IMG/VR virus record: IMGVR_UViG_3300031707_006565
Location: 437 to 64,436 of that record
Source: a virus
Taxonomy: Duplodnaviria; Caudoviricetes
DNA length: 64,000 bases
Reading direction: 5' to 3' (one strand)
A model generated the notes under the pieces. That model was given only the letters and a program-made list of their open reading frames with translations. It searched no databases and was not told the origin of the DNA. The position numbers and the translations under genes are program-made. Shown piece after piece: positions 26,505 to 36,658 of this stretch. Every line of letters begins with the position of its first letter. Positions within the stretch are counted from its first letter, which is position 1.

Positions 26505-27113
26505 ATGTTAAATCCTCTTTCTTTACTTTTCCGTTCCGGTAATCAGACCCTATTCCTGCCTCAGGTTTTACTCAAGATCGGTCCGCTCGAATTTATCGTC
26601 CCAGTCGACATCTCGATTCGCTTGAGCAAAAAAATTGTGATCACCGAAATCTACGGCGCTGATTTTTCGGTCAAAGAAGATTTTGGCTTATCCGATTTTA
26701 ACATAACCATCGAAGGCAGAATAGGCGATACCGATTCTTCGGTTGGCGCCAAGATTTGCGGAGTCAATAAAAAAGTTGAAGCACTCGATTTTCTTGCCAA
26801 ACTCGTAAAGCTTTACGTAGAACGCCTGCCCTTAGAAATTAATGACGTCTCCGAAGAATTTGCCCGCAATTTCATCGGTCAGGGCGTCAAAGCGATTGAC
26901 CAGGCATTTGATCCGCCTTTCGGTGGGCCTACTGAACCCGAAGGAATCTTAGCTAAACTCGGCATCACCCATATCGTTTTACAAAGCTTAAACATTCGTC
27001 CCCTGCCGGCCGGCCATTACAATTTTTCAATGGAAGCATTATCCGAATCCGCCGAATCCGATCTCTTCGAAACCAACGAAATTAACCTATTTTTAAAAGA
27101 ACAACCCTTGTAA
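26505..27113 (+). CDS. Tail tube initiator / baseplate hub-like protein
   Basis: SKKIVITEI.G...SVKEDFG.SDFNITIEG; synteny. Confidence 0.7.
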   Translation: MLNPLSLLFRSGNQTLFLPQVLLKIGPLEFIVPVDISIRLSKKIVITEIYGADFSVKEDFGLSDFNITIEGRIGDTDSSVGAKICGVNKKVEALDFLAKLVKLYVERLPLEINDVSEEFARNFIGQGVKAIDQAFDPPFGGPTEPEGILAKLGITHIVLQSLNIRPLPAGHYNFSMEALSESAESDLFETNEINLFLKEQPL

Positions 27114-27114
27114 T

Positions 27115-27327
27115 ATGCAAAATCACACTTTAAAACAAGACGAAGACCTCTGGTTCTTAGCCGAATATTATTATGGCGATGCCTCACTCTGGGACCACAT
27201 CTACTATTTCAATCGCGATATTATTGGCGATGATCCGGAAAACCTTTATCCTGGTATGAGACTCCTAATCCCCGAACTCGAAATCGGTGATAAATTATTA
27301 ACCGTGTCTAATGTCGCACTCGAATAA
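27115..27327 (+). CDS. LysM/tail X-like baseplate protein
   Basis: HTLKQDEDLWFLAEYYYGD..LW..IY..N...LYPGMRLLIP. Confidence 0.85.
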   Translation: MQNHTLKQDEDLWFLAEYYYGDASLWDHIYYFNRDIIGDDPENLYPGMRLLIPELEIGDKLLTVSNVALE

Positions 27328-27349
27328 AATCAATGTCAACTTTTAAATT

Positions 27350-28036
27350 ATGAATAATAACCGTCTAGCAAAAAGTGATAACCACATTGGCCGGCCATTC
27401 AATCTTGAAAAATTAATTGCGTTCAAAAATTTAGTCTTTCAATCGCATCCGCGTAAGGTATATTTTGTCGGCGATACTTTTGATCTCTTATGGTGCACCT
27501 GGGCAGACATCATGACCAATGAATTATCCTTACGCGGCTATCGGATTATCATGGAAATCATAAATTACGTGTCCAGTTACGGTGGTCAGGTTTTCATAAT
27601 ACCTGGTAATCACGACGAAGGGATTATCCGATACGCCAAAGACCTTGCTCCGGCAATCATTACGGTCCCTAAAATTACTGATGAAGGTATTTTATTCCTG
27701 CACGGCCATCAGTTCGACGTAACGATTAACATTGCTAAAAAAACCATCAATGCAGTCAGCGAATGGCTGCCGTTTGTCGGTAAAAAAATCTGGGGCACGC
27801 CCGCCGAATTAAAACAATCCAATGAAGTTCAATACACCAATTTATGCGGTATCATGCGGCAAAAAGTTTTGAACATGGCAAGACAAAGAAACATAAATAT
27901 TATTTGGGGCCATACTCACCAGGGCGAAAAACAGGAAACGCCCGAAGGACAGCAGGCGGTTAATTGCGGCGATGGCATAACCGAAAATACCTACGTAATC
28001 ATTAAAGGCAATGAAATCAACGTGAGGAAATTATGA
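27350..28036 (+). CDS. Calcineurin-like metallophosphoesterase (LpxH-like)
   Basis: SDNHIG, VGDTFD, PGNHD, LHGHQFD, WGHTH, NCGD. Confidence 0.85.
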   Translation: MNNNRLAKSDNHIGRPFNLEKLIAFKNLVFQSHPRKVYFVGDTFDLLWCTWADIMTNELSLRGYRIIMEIINYVSSYGGQVFIIPGNHDEGIIRYAKDLAPAIITVPKITDEGILFLHGHQFDVTINIAKKTINAVSEWLPFVGKKIWGTPAELKQSNEVQYTNLCGIMRQKVLNMARQRNINIIWGHTHQGEKQETPEGQQAVNCGDGITENTYVIIKGNEINVRKL

Positions 28037-28209
28037 ACAAAGAAGCAAAGAAATTATTAAATGATCCAGAAGTCCAGGCGATCATCATAAAAATCATTGC
28101 TGAAATCATCGATGAAATTATCGGACTTCTGCACAAGAAACGTTCGCCGAAACCGAATAAAACCGAAATCGCCGAGACGATTAAGAAAAAAATAAACGAC
28201 ATAGCATAA
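28033..28209 (+). CDS. Small hypothetical protein (58 aa)
   Basis: GAGG RBS and ATGA overlap; amphipathic Ile-rich helix. Confidence 0.5.
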   Translation: MNKEAKKLLNDPEVQAIIIKIIAEIIDEIIGLLHKKRSPKPNKTEIAETIKKKINDIA

Positions 28210-28449
28210 ATGGATATCCTTTTCCGCCGAATCATCAATGGTTACTTAAACCGCAAGGAAGATTATCCGATATCCGCTGCGGAATATAACTTACTCCCTT
28301 ACATTTTCATGACGCAGGTTTACAATAATCTCGACTTATCCCAGAATTATGCCGGTGTGCCTTTGACTTTAAAAGCCCGTGCAGCTGCACGCAACTTAAC
28401 TATCGCTGAAAGGATGCGTAAATATGCTTCCTACCGCACCACTAAATAA
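28210..28449 (+). CDS. Hypothetical protein
   Basis: ORF track. Confidence 0.55.
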   Translation: MDILFRRIINGYLNRKEDYPISAAEYNLLPYIFMTQVYNNLDLSQNYAGVPLTLKARAAARNLTIAERMRKYASYRTTK

Positions 28450-28482
28450 TCTTATGATTTTGAATCCTGTCAAAATATAAAT

Positions 28483-29499
28483 ATGCCACACATCGTTCCT
28501 CGAGCCGAAATCTACATCAAAACTCAGAAAGGTAAAAATTATTCTGTTACCCGGTTCCAGAAATGTAAACTGACTCTCTCTCGTTCCCTGCCCTGTGATA
28601 TCTGTGAGCTTACCTTACCTAAACTTTCCGATTTAAAACTCTTCCAGGAGAACGATGAGATTGGGGTCATTCTCGGTAATGACCAAGTCGGCACTAAATG
28701 CCTGTTTAAAGGTTATATTTCTACTCTCGCGCCTAAAAACGAACCGGTTCTTACTGCTGAAGATTATTTCAAGACTTTCAAGGAAAAGCGTAACACCAAA
28801 TATTATTTCGATACGCCGGATAAAATTGCCAAAGACGTAATAGAATTTTGCGGCTTTAAATCGGTCATTCCCAATACCTGGGAATCCAAACAGCATTTTT
28901 ACTGGAAAATGCAGACTGCGGCCGAAGCCCTGGCTAATTTAGCTCAGATCGGCTGGGACTATTTTTGCATTCCCGCCACTAAAAAAATCTATTTTTCGAT
29001 ACCTTTTCATCTCGACGATGTCTTATCGCCTAAACCTGCGGTGTACGTCTATCGTTTCGGTTTGAATATCATCGAATCGCAGCTCGAGTACCGCACCGCT
29101 TCACGCATTGCCCGGGCAATCGTTTACGTCACTGACCAGAAATTTCGCGGCCATTCAATCAAATATGAAGAAGGCACCGGCGACCCTTCTAAGATTTTCA
29201 ATCTTCAGATAGATTTCGACCCGGCGAAACAGAAAGAAGTCAAGGACGCAACCGATCAGGCAGCCAAATTTGCCAAACAGCAGATCGCTCAATCTCAGGT
29301 TTCTGGTTATGCAGGCACGTTTAAAACTTTTGGTAATCCGTTTATCATTCACTCCTTAAAAATCAAAATCGATGATCCGGACAAACAGGAACGTTCTGGC
29401 CACTATTTCATTGACCAGGTCATTCACGAAATCTCACCCGACACCGGCTACAAAATGGAAATCTCAGTCGGTGGCAAAGACCATGGAGTTACCACATGA
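28483..29499 (+). CDS. Baseplate hub (late control D/gp44-like)
   Basis: CELTLP, LFKGYI, FGLNIIESQL, GTFKTFGNP, GHYFIDQV.H. Confidence 0.82.
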   Translation: MPHIVPRAEIYIKTQKGKNYSVTRFQKCKLTLSRSLPCDICELTLPKLSDLKLFQENDEIGVILGNDQVGTKCLFKGYISTLAPKNEPVLTAEDYFKTFKEKRNTKYYFDTPDKIAKDVIEFCGFKSVIPNTWESKQHFYWKMQTAAEALANLAQIGWDYFCIPATKKIYFSIPFHLDDVLSPKPAVYVYRFGLNIIESQLEYRTASRIARAIVYVTDQKFRGHSIKYEEGTGDPSKIFNLQIDFDPAKQKEVKDATDQAAKFAKQQIAQSQVSGYAGTFKTFGNPFIIHSLKIKIDDPDKQERSGHYFIDQVIHEISPDTGYKMEISVGGKDHGVTT

Positions 29500-30080
29500 G
29501 ATTTGAATTTCCAAATTCAAAAGACGGAATTCAAAATTTTATCATCGGCAAGATCGTCTCGGTTGATGAAGACCTTTATTCTTGTCAAATTAAACCGGAC
29601 AAAGACAATATCCCTCAACTCGAGAACGTGCCTCTTCGGGTTTTTAATCTGAAAGATGACTTTGGCTGCATTATCGTTCCGGAAATCGATTCGCCCTGTC
29701 TGGTCGGCTTTATTGAAGGAAAAATAGAACTACCGACTCTATTCTCAGTCCAGCACTGGCAAAAAATCCTTATCAATTCCGTAGGACAGGGCTTTAGCTT
29801 GGCGATTAACAAAGACGGTACAATCGAGCTTGAAACCAAAAATAATGCAAAAATAAAAATTGATGGCAACGTTGAAGGCGAAATTTCCGGCGAATTATTG
29901 CTTAAAGTCGCCGGCAAAATCCAGCTCGGCCAACAAGGCGCTCATAAAGCCGGCTGGGGTGACCAGTGGCTCATCTCACACAATGTACACATTCATCCGA
30001 CTCCGACCGGTCCCTCTGGTCCGCCTAATCCACCGCTGCAGGACTCCGCCGTCAATAGCCAGCAGGTAAAATTAGATTAA
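29496..30080 (+). CDS. Baseplate spike (gpV/gp45-like)
   Basis: OB-fold start, IIVPEIDS, HIHPTPTGPSGPP tip. Confidence 0.85.
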   Translation: MRFEFPNSKDGIQNFIIGKIVSVDEDLYSCQIKPDKDNIPQLENVPLRVFNLKDDFGCIIVPEIDSPCLVGFIEGKIELPTLFSVQHWQKILINSVGQGFSLAINKDGTIELETKNNAKIKIDGNVEGEISGELLLKVAGKIQLGQQGAHKAGWGDQWLISHNVHIHPTPTGPSGPPNPPLQDSAVNSQQVKLD

Positions 30081-30093
30081 TGAAAGGAGTATC

Positions 30094-30315
30094 ATGGGTG
30101 CAATTAAAAATCAGCTAAAACCAGCTTTAACTCAAATCTTTTCTGATACAAGTCCGAATGCGACTCCCGAACAAAAAGCCGATCAGATTGCTTCCGCAAT
30201 CGAGCAGGCAATTCTTTCTGGACTTCGGGTCGAGATTATACCAGGCAACGTTTTAATTGCTGCCACTGCCGGCGTTCCCAATCCCGCTCCAATCCCATGC
30301 CAACTATTATCATGA
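30094..30315 (+). CDS. Small baseplate-associated protein
   Basis: AAGGAG RBS; synteny. Confidence 0.6.
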   Translation: MGAIKNQLKPALTQIFSDTSPNATPEQKADQIASAIEQAILSGLRVEIIPGNVLIAATAGVPNPAPIPCQLLS

Positions 30316-30329
30316 ACTCAATCTTTTTA

Positions 30330-30391
30330 TCATTGCGTTATGCGCAGCGATGCGACTGCAAGGAGAACGGAGTTTAGCGACGTGGCAATCT
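30330..30391 (+). repeat. TCATTGCG...GTGGCAATCT element overlapping the next gene's start
   Basis: Ends match the 396-430 family. Confidence 0.65.
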
Positions 30392-30738
30392 ACGATTTTA
30401 AACTGACCAACGACGACCTGGTCTTCGAAAACAACGACCCGGTTCTTATCTCCGACATCGATCTCTTAATGCAGGATCTATACAATCAAATCCGCATCCC
30501 GTATTACTCCTGGGCGCTCGATTTCCTCTATGGTTCTAAGATTCCCGAATACGTCAATATGCCGGACGAACCTTTAAAACTAGTTGAGCTCAAACGGGAC
30601 GTCATCGCAATCTTAAAACGTGAATCCCGCGTCGTAAAAGATTCGTGGGAAATCAAAGTCAAAACCGGCTCGATCGAGGCAAAATTCCTGCCGGTTGGCC
30701 GAGACGAACCAGTAACGTTAACATTGAAAGCACAATGA
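30382..30738 (+). CDS. Baseplate wedge gp25/gpW-like protein
   Basis: DLVF..ND.VL...QDL...YGSKIP...ESRV; probable GTG start. Confidence 0.7.
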   Translation: MAIYDFKLTNDDLVFENNDPVLISDIDLLMQDLYNQIRIPYYSWALDFLYGSKIPEYVNMPDEPLKLVELKRDVIAILKRESRVVKDSWEIKVKTGSIEAKFLPVGRDEPVTLTLKAQ

Positions 30739-30784
30739 AAATAATTTTTAAATTTTTCAATTCTTAAATTTTATAAGGAGTTTT

Positions 30785-31315
30785 ATGACTTTTCTTAGAG
30801 AATCAGAAATTTATCAAAGCTTAATCGCCAATTTCGAGACCTATCTCGGTTTCACTCCCGGCAGAATTATCAAAGCAATCTTCCGCGTTACCGCCTCGGC
30901 CATCCGGCTTCTTTATGTTGCCCTCGAGTATCTTTACTGGAACATTTTCGCAACTTATGCCGACCGTTCTGCTCTCAGGCGAATGTACGAAGATTGGGGT
31001 TTAACCTGGGATTCGCCGACTACCGATAATGCCCGGAAAACGATTCTCAACATGTATCGCCAGAAAGGCGTTGGCACCAAAAAATGGTTTGCTGATACCG
31101 TACTCTTTAATTTTTCCGAGGTAACTACCGCAACGATTGAAGCCGGTCTGCGCGGGTTAAATACCATTGACATTACGGTTGCTTATCATTCGAATCCAGT
31201 TCCGGACGACATCGTCTCCGACATTCAGGATTACTTCACTCAGGATGACAAAGCGGTCTGCGGCATCGATGTCCTGATTAAAACTCTTCCCGAACCACAG
31301 GTGGCAATAGAATGA
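30785..31315 (+). CDS. Short baseplate J-like protein
   Basis: NIFATYAD..AL, GTKKW, RGLNTIDI, DIQDYF; only 176 aa. Confidence 0.65.
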   Translation: MTFLRESEIYQSLIANFETYLGFTPGRIIKAIFRVTASAIRLLYVALEYLYWNIFATYADRSALRRMYEDWGLTWDSPTTDNARKTILNMYRQKGVGTKKWFADTVLFNFSEVTTATIEAGLRGLNTIDITVAYHSNPVPDDIVSDIQDYFTQDDKAVCGIDVLIKTLPEPQVAIE

Positions 31316-31354
31316 AATTTAAAATTCGGTCATTAGAAATTTGAAATTATAACT

Positions 31355-31921
31355 ATGCCCCGCTATTCTTTTGATTTTAAAATTCTAACCAACCGTTTCC
31401 CATTCAAATGGGGCGGCGAGCAACTTAACAATTTCATGCGCGTGATCCGGGAAACCATCGATGACGTTACCACTCAAATTAATGCTCTTTACGATGATCG
31501 GTTTTTGATTTACGCAACCGGTCTCGGGCTTGATTATTGGGGTGAAGTCCTCAATCTCAAGCGCGCTACTGGTGAATCCGATTCGGTTTATCGCGCCCGC
31601 CTGCTGGTTGCCTTCCGCGATATCCAGAACTCACTAACGATCGATGCTTACAAAGATGCCATCGAAGCAGTCACCAGCGAGCGGCCGGATTGCCTCGAGC
31701 ATTACAAAGAGATCTTCTCCTGGCCCTTTACCTGGGGAAATCCGTTCTATGATTATATCCACCGCAACATCGTTTCGTTCGTAATTCCTGACGAATTAAC
31801 CGAAGAACAACTAAACGAAATCTCGGACGATCTCCAGTCAGTCAAACTCGCCACGTTATACGTCTGGCTAGTCGAGGACTCCGGCTTAGGTTATTATAAA
31901 TTAAGAAAAGAAATTTTATGA
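31355..31921 (+). CDS. Baseplate wedge gpI-like protein
   Basis: ATGLGLDYWG..LNLKR.TGESDSVYRARL. Confidence 0.8.
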   Translation: MPRYSFDFKILTNRFPFKWGGEQLNNFMRVIRETIDDVTTQINALYDDRFLIYATGLGLDYWGEVLNLKRATGESDSVYRARLLVAFRDIQNSLTIDAYKDAIEAVTSERPDCLEHYKEIFSWPFTWGNPFYDYIHRNIVSFVIPDELTEEQLNEISDDLQSVKLATLYVWLVEDSGLGYYKLRKEIL

Positions 31922-31946
31922 TCTTGAATTTTTTTAGGAGGATTTA

Positions 31947-33986
31947 ATGTCAACCAAATTTAATCGCAATGATGCCCAGGCAGGTAACGATAACTTTTAT
32001 CATGAAGATTACAAAACCGATCTAAACGGTGTCGAGCAGGATAATCTTGCAACTGTGGTCGATTTCGAAGCGCTTCCCTGTATCATCGAAGGACTGGAAG
32101 TTAGCACACCAACCTATCCTGAGGCAACTACTCCGATTTCCGCTGGTAAAGCTCGCGACAAAGATGGTAAACCGATCATCGTGGCTGAAGTCGATTCGGT
32201 CGAGCTTCTCAATACTTCCGGCGGCAATAACTACATTATTCTTGCGCATAAATATTCAACTGATACCTTACGGAAAGCCTATTCATCCGTCGTCGAATAC
32301 GATACCCGCAAATATGACGATTTTGAACTTTCGGTTGCCGATACTAAGCAAGCCGGCGACATTATTCTTGCCAATATTAAAAAAGTCGGTGGGGTCTGGC
32401 TCAAATACGATTCTGAGCGCACTCATCCGGTGTACCGGCCCACCTCCGGCGACATCACTCCGCCCACCGACCCGTCCACGCTTCTTCTCACTACCGGCAT
32501 TATGGGCGACACTGCTCTGCCGATCTACACCAACGACTTTCTAAAACGCGTTACTCCGCTTGCCTGGTTAAAAGCAGCCTGGAACGCATCCTCTGATTCT
32601 GGCTCCGGTCTTCGCGGTTATGAAGTTTTTCTAATTCCATTAATTCTCATAAATGAAGTAGACACGGAACAGCTCGACAAGCGTCAAGAGCAGCATGTTC
32701 AGTATTCCGCTTCCGCTATCCGCACCGACGTCACTTTCCAGAACTTGACCCCTGGCGTAAAATATCGGATTAAAGTCCGTGCCGTCGACATGGCTGGTAA
32801 CGTCTCCGGTTTTGCTGCGCTCGATATCATTGCCGGCGGGCCCAAGCAGATTCCCGAATCTTGCACCGATGCGATTGAAAATCTTGCGGTCTCAGCTCAA
32901 GACCAGGGCATCAAGATCGTTTTCGATATCAAGACCGCTTACCAGGATAAAGTCGCCGGCACCGAAGTCGTCTGGACCGATGACGATTCCGAACCCGATT
33001 TCGATAACAGTACCATGTCCAAACTTTTCACCGATCGCAAAACTATTTTCCTGCCTGCCCGCTTCTCTACCGACAAACAGAAAATTTTTGTGAAGGCAAA
33101 AATTCGGCTCGTTGACAAGACCAGTCGCCATTGCACTACCCCGTTTTCCATCTCGGCTACCCAGACCAAAAAATATATTGCCGACTTATCTGAGTATATG
33201 GTGAACGTCGATTATCTAAAGCTTGCCGTCCCTGAAATCTCCGCTGCCAATTTCTCCTGGCGTAACTTAAGAACCGTTGCCAAAGCCGGCTCACAATTCA
33301 CCACCATCACCCAGGCGTTCGCATCTATCACCGACGACCAGTATTACGTCGTCTTGGTTGGTCCAGGCGGCTACTCTGAAGACGTTGACTTCAAAGGCAA
33401 AAATATTCTATTAGTCGGTTATGGTAAAGTTATGATCAAAGGTCGTATTCAGAACGCCGATTTCGGAAAACATTGCGGTCTGAAAGACCTCACCGTCTAT
33501 AACGACAATGCGGTTGCCGATGCGATTAACATTCAACCCAATGCCGCAACCGCCATATTCGTGATGGACAACGTCCTTGTCAAGGGCGACCATTTTACGA
33601 CTCAGGGAATCTATGTTTGTGGTAAAGGAATAATTAAACGTTCGGCAATTCTTACCACTGCCGCCATTCCCGGCATAAAATTCGCTAACAATGCAGTAAC
33701 CGGTATCGGTTCCTCTGGCCACGTCAATAGCTGTAAAATTTCGGTCGGCAATTCCAACTGCATCGCTTTTGTCGGTCTTGCGCCTTTAGAAGTTTCAAAT
33801 TGCCTCTTAAAATCCGGCGCATACAGTATTGCCCAGACCGGTTCATACGCGGTCCGGGTTTATAATTGCGTTTACCAGGTCGCGCCCAATGGCACCATCG
33901 ATTACGGCACCGCCTCCAACGTCTCGAATATCATTAATGCCAACATCGAAATCGTTCCCGAAGACGACTTCGGCTCCGATGCATGA
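31947..33986 (+). CDS. Tail fibre/spike with Fn3 and pectin-lyase-like beta-helix domains
   Basis: WNASSDSGSGLRGYEV...LTPGVKYRIKVRAVDMAGNVS; TVAKAGSQFTTITQA...VGPGGYSE. Confidence 0.75.
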   Translation: MSTKFNRNDAQAGNDNFYHEDYKTDLNGVEQDNLATVVDFEALPCIIEGLEVSTPTYPEATTPISAGKARDKDGKPIIVAEVDSVELLNTSGGNNYIILAHKYSTDTLRKAYSSVVEYDTRKYDDFELSVADTKQAGDIILANIKKVGGVWLKYDSERTHPVYRPTSGDITPPTDPSTLLLTTGIMGDTALPIYTNDFLKRVTPLAWLKAAWNASSDSGSGLRGYEVFLIPLILINEVDTEQLDKRQEQHVQYSASAIRTDVTFQNLTPGVKYRIKVRAVDMAGNVSGFAALDIIAGGPKQIPESCTDAIENLAVSAQDQGIKIVFDIKTAYQDKVAGTEVVWTDDDSEPDFDNSTMSKLFTDRKTIFLPARFSTDKQKIFVKAKIRLVDKTSRHCTTPFSISATQTKKYIADLSEYMVNVDYLKLAVPEISAANFSWRNLRTVAKAGSQFTTITQAFASITDDQYYVVLVGPGGYSEDVDFKGKNILLVGYGKVMIKGRIQNADFGKHCGLKDLTVYNDNAVADAINIQPNAATAIFVMDNVLVKGDHFTTQGIYVCGKGIIKRSAILTTAAIPGIKFANNAVTGIGSSGHVNSCKISVGNSNCIAFVGLAPLEVSNCLLKSGAYSIAQTGSYAVRVYNCVYQVAPNGTIDYGTASNVSNIINANIEIVPEDDFGSDA

Positions 33987-36658
33987 ACCTAAATCCTTCC
34001 GACAAACTCTTTGCTCAATGTTCTTCTGCGGATGCGGTCAACGTCATCCTCTATGGCACGTTACTTGACACAAAAAACAATCCTCATCCTTTTTCCCGTG
34101 TTTTACGATTAACCTCGACTGAGCAGGTCCAGGTTTTTGAGGTTATGGGTAAAACCTCCCTCAAGGACTTATCACTTTTTCTCGTCAATACTTCCGCTTC
34201 TGACGTAACCGTTAAAACCTGGCACGTCCCGGCCTCGAAGGAAATTGCCGACGATTATCTAATCGTTCCTTCCCAAACGATTACCGCCCATGACCTGCTC
34301 GTTTTATCCAGGGTTTCTCCTAACCGGGATAACGTCTCTTTCCAATCTTCCGATAAACTCTTTGCTCAATGCTCAACTGCCAACGCAGTCAACGTCCATC
34401 TTTACAGTACTCTTAAACCTTTAATTAAACCTTTCGCTTCACCTTTTCGTTTACTTTCAACCGACCCGATCCAGTTTTTCGAGGTTATGGCACAGACTAC
34501 TTTAACCGACCCGATGATTCTACTGGTAAATACTTCCGCTTCTGACGTAACTATCAACCTCTGGCACGTTCCAGCCGGGAAACCTATCGCTGGCGATTAC
34601 TTAATCCTTTCCTCGAGGACAATCAAGGCATCGAGCATACTTGTGTGGGATAATGGAGAGATCTACGAACTCCCCAGACCAGTGGCTGGTGGTGCAATGT
34701 CCGTCCACGGCTACGATTATCAGTCTCTTAATTCCGTTCCTCACCGGACTGAACTCACTTATGATTATGTTGATTGGTATCTGCGTAATCACCCGCTCGC
34801 AACTTATAAATGGAAATTAGAACGAGAAAATGGCGTAAGTGAAGATAATACTTCAATAGTAAAGTTTGGAGAGGCGGGTGCTGATACTCAAACTTTACTT
34901 CCTAATGAAGATGATACGCCTTTAGAATGGAAAGTAGAACCTCACGGAGACCATTATGCGGCGGTTATTGATGACGATGAAAGAACGTATGTTTATTATC
35001 GTCACGCCGAGACTTCACAGTTTAGTATTTCAATAAAAGTTGATAATGGGTTAGTATACACTATCTCTGATTCAGATGCCATAAGTTTAACAACAAGTTA
35101 TGTAGAGCATTCTAATCAATGGAATACTAATCCTTTGACAGGTTTGCCTTGGACAATCACCGATGTTTTGAACTATTTACGGATTGGTGTTTGTGTTTCT
35201 TTTTCGGAACAGCCACAGAAACGAGACCTATATGGTATTGAAGATTTAGATATACCAGCAGGTAGCACAATAAATTATGTTAAGGTATATGCGATAGCAA
35301 AGTATGTAGGCAGTTATGATATATATGTTCATCAGATAGAAGTAGAGATTGGATACACGCCTCCGCTTGCCGTTGATAAATACGGATTAGTTTATCCTGG
35401 CGCAGAAGAAGATAATTTAAGTGATAACTTTATCACATCAGAAAGTGGTGCATTAAGAGGTTGGTATACAACTTACGCAATTTTGACGGTTCAAGGTAAT
35501 ACCGCTACTCTTTATTTCAAACTAAAAGATTTAAGTGTTTGGTCATCGGGTAGTGGTTCGTTAAGTTGCAAAGTTGCTTGTCAACTATTTCTTACAGGAG
35601 CGGAAGGACCGCCAGAAAATTTTGTATATGGTGATTTAATTCCCGCAAGTGATATTGCAGTTACGGATGCACTAACTCTCAATAAAGATGGAACGGTCTC
35701 TGGTAGTCTTGGATTTACTACGACGGATGGTGGTTACTTTTACTATATTTTAGTTGTTAATATTTATTTAGATGATTACACAGGAGCACCGACTAACGTT
35801 AAAATTGGCTTTGTATGTGAGAAAGATATCTATTTAAAACTTTACGGCGAAATTACTCCTGAAGACGGTTCAATCTTCGTTGAGAAAAGACCGGTAACCT
35901 ACAAGGATTATGCGATCGTGCGTATTCTCGGATTGGATAAAGTCATCAATTTTTGGAATCATATAATTGGTAAACCCGATGTCTTTCCTCCTGACGTTCA
36001 CGATTCCGATAAGCATACTTACGACCTGGTTAAACAGGTTGCATCCGACCCGACTCCTGAAGAAGGTGATATCTGGATAAATGCCGCCTCGAATGTATTA
36101 AAGATTTTCTTGAACGCAGTAACGAAAGTATTTAGTTTTGTAGGACACGGTAAAGACGACCACAACGAAGCCTTGATGAAACAATTATCTTCTGACGGCA
36201 CCCGAGCCAATGGCGATAGTTGGTTTAATACTACGTTAAAGAGATTTAAGCTAAAGCAGGATAACATTGTAACCATAATACCGACTGATATTATTACCGA
36301 GAATATCGGTATCATAGTAGATGCTTCAGGCAATCCTATCTCTACTGGAATAAAGGGTGATAGAAGAGTTGATTATGCCTGCACATTGACCGGTTGGAGT
36401 ATCTATGCTGATGTGTCAGGCTCAATAACATTTGATATCTGGAAAGACACTCACGCCGATTTTCCACCAATCGTTGCCGATACAATGGTCGGCGGCAGTG
36501 GCACCAAGCCTAATATTAGCGCCAGCAATAAAGGTAGCGGTACACCGACTAACTGGTCAAGCATCACGATAGCTGCCGGCGATATTTTGCGGTTTAACGT
36601 TGACAGCTGTTCTACCATTACTCGGGCCGTCTTACTTTTGAAAGTGACAAGGACTTAA
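33983..36658 (+). CDS. Mosaic tail fibre/adhesin with N-terminal duplication
   Basis: About 114-aa duplication; IIGKPDVFPPDVH fibre motif; SDPTPEEGDIW; C-terminal beta sandwich. Confidence 0.7.
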   Translation: MNLNPSDKLFAQCSSADAVNVILYGTLLDTKNNPHPFSRVLRLTSTEQVQVFEVMGKTSLKDLSLFLVNTSASDVTVKTWHVPASKEIADDYLIVPSQTITAHDLLVLSRVSPNRDNVSFQSSDKLFAQCSTANAVNVHLYSTLKPLIKPFASPFRLLSTDPIQFFEVMAQTTLTDPMILLVNTSASDVTINLWHVPAGKPIAGDYLILSSRTIKASSILVWDNGEIYELPRPVAGGAMSVHGYDYQSLNSVPHRTELTYDYVDWYLRNHPLATYKWKLERENGVSEDNTSIVKFGEAGADTQTLLPNEDDTPLEWKVEPHGDHYAAVIDDDERTYVYYRHAETSQFSISIKVDNGLVYTISDSDAISLTTSYVEHSNQWNTNPLTGLPWTITDVLNYLRIGVCVSFSEQPQKRDLYGIEDLDIPAGSTINYVKVYAIAKYVGSYDIYVHQIEVEIGYTPPLAVDKYGLVYPGAEEDNLSDNFITSESGALRGWYTTYAILTVQGNTATLYFKLKDLSVWSSGSGSLSCKVACQLFLTGAEGPPENFVYGDLIPASDIAVTDALTLNKDGTVSGSLGFTTTDGGYFYYILVVNIYLDDYTGAPTNVKIGFVCEKDIYLKLYGEITPEDGSIFVEKRPVTYKDYAIVRILGLDKVINFWNHIIGKPDVFPPDVHDSDKHTYDLVKQVASDPTPEEGDIWINAASNVLKIFLNAVTKVFSFVGHGKDDHNEALMKQLSSDGTRANGDSWFNTTLKRFKLKQDNIVTIIPTDIITENIGIIVDASGNPISTGIKGDRRVDYACTLTGWSIYADVSGSITFDIWKDTHADFPPIVADTMVGGSGTKPNISASNKGSGTPTNWSSITIAAGDILRFNVDSCSTITRAVLLLKVTRT

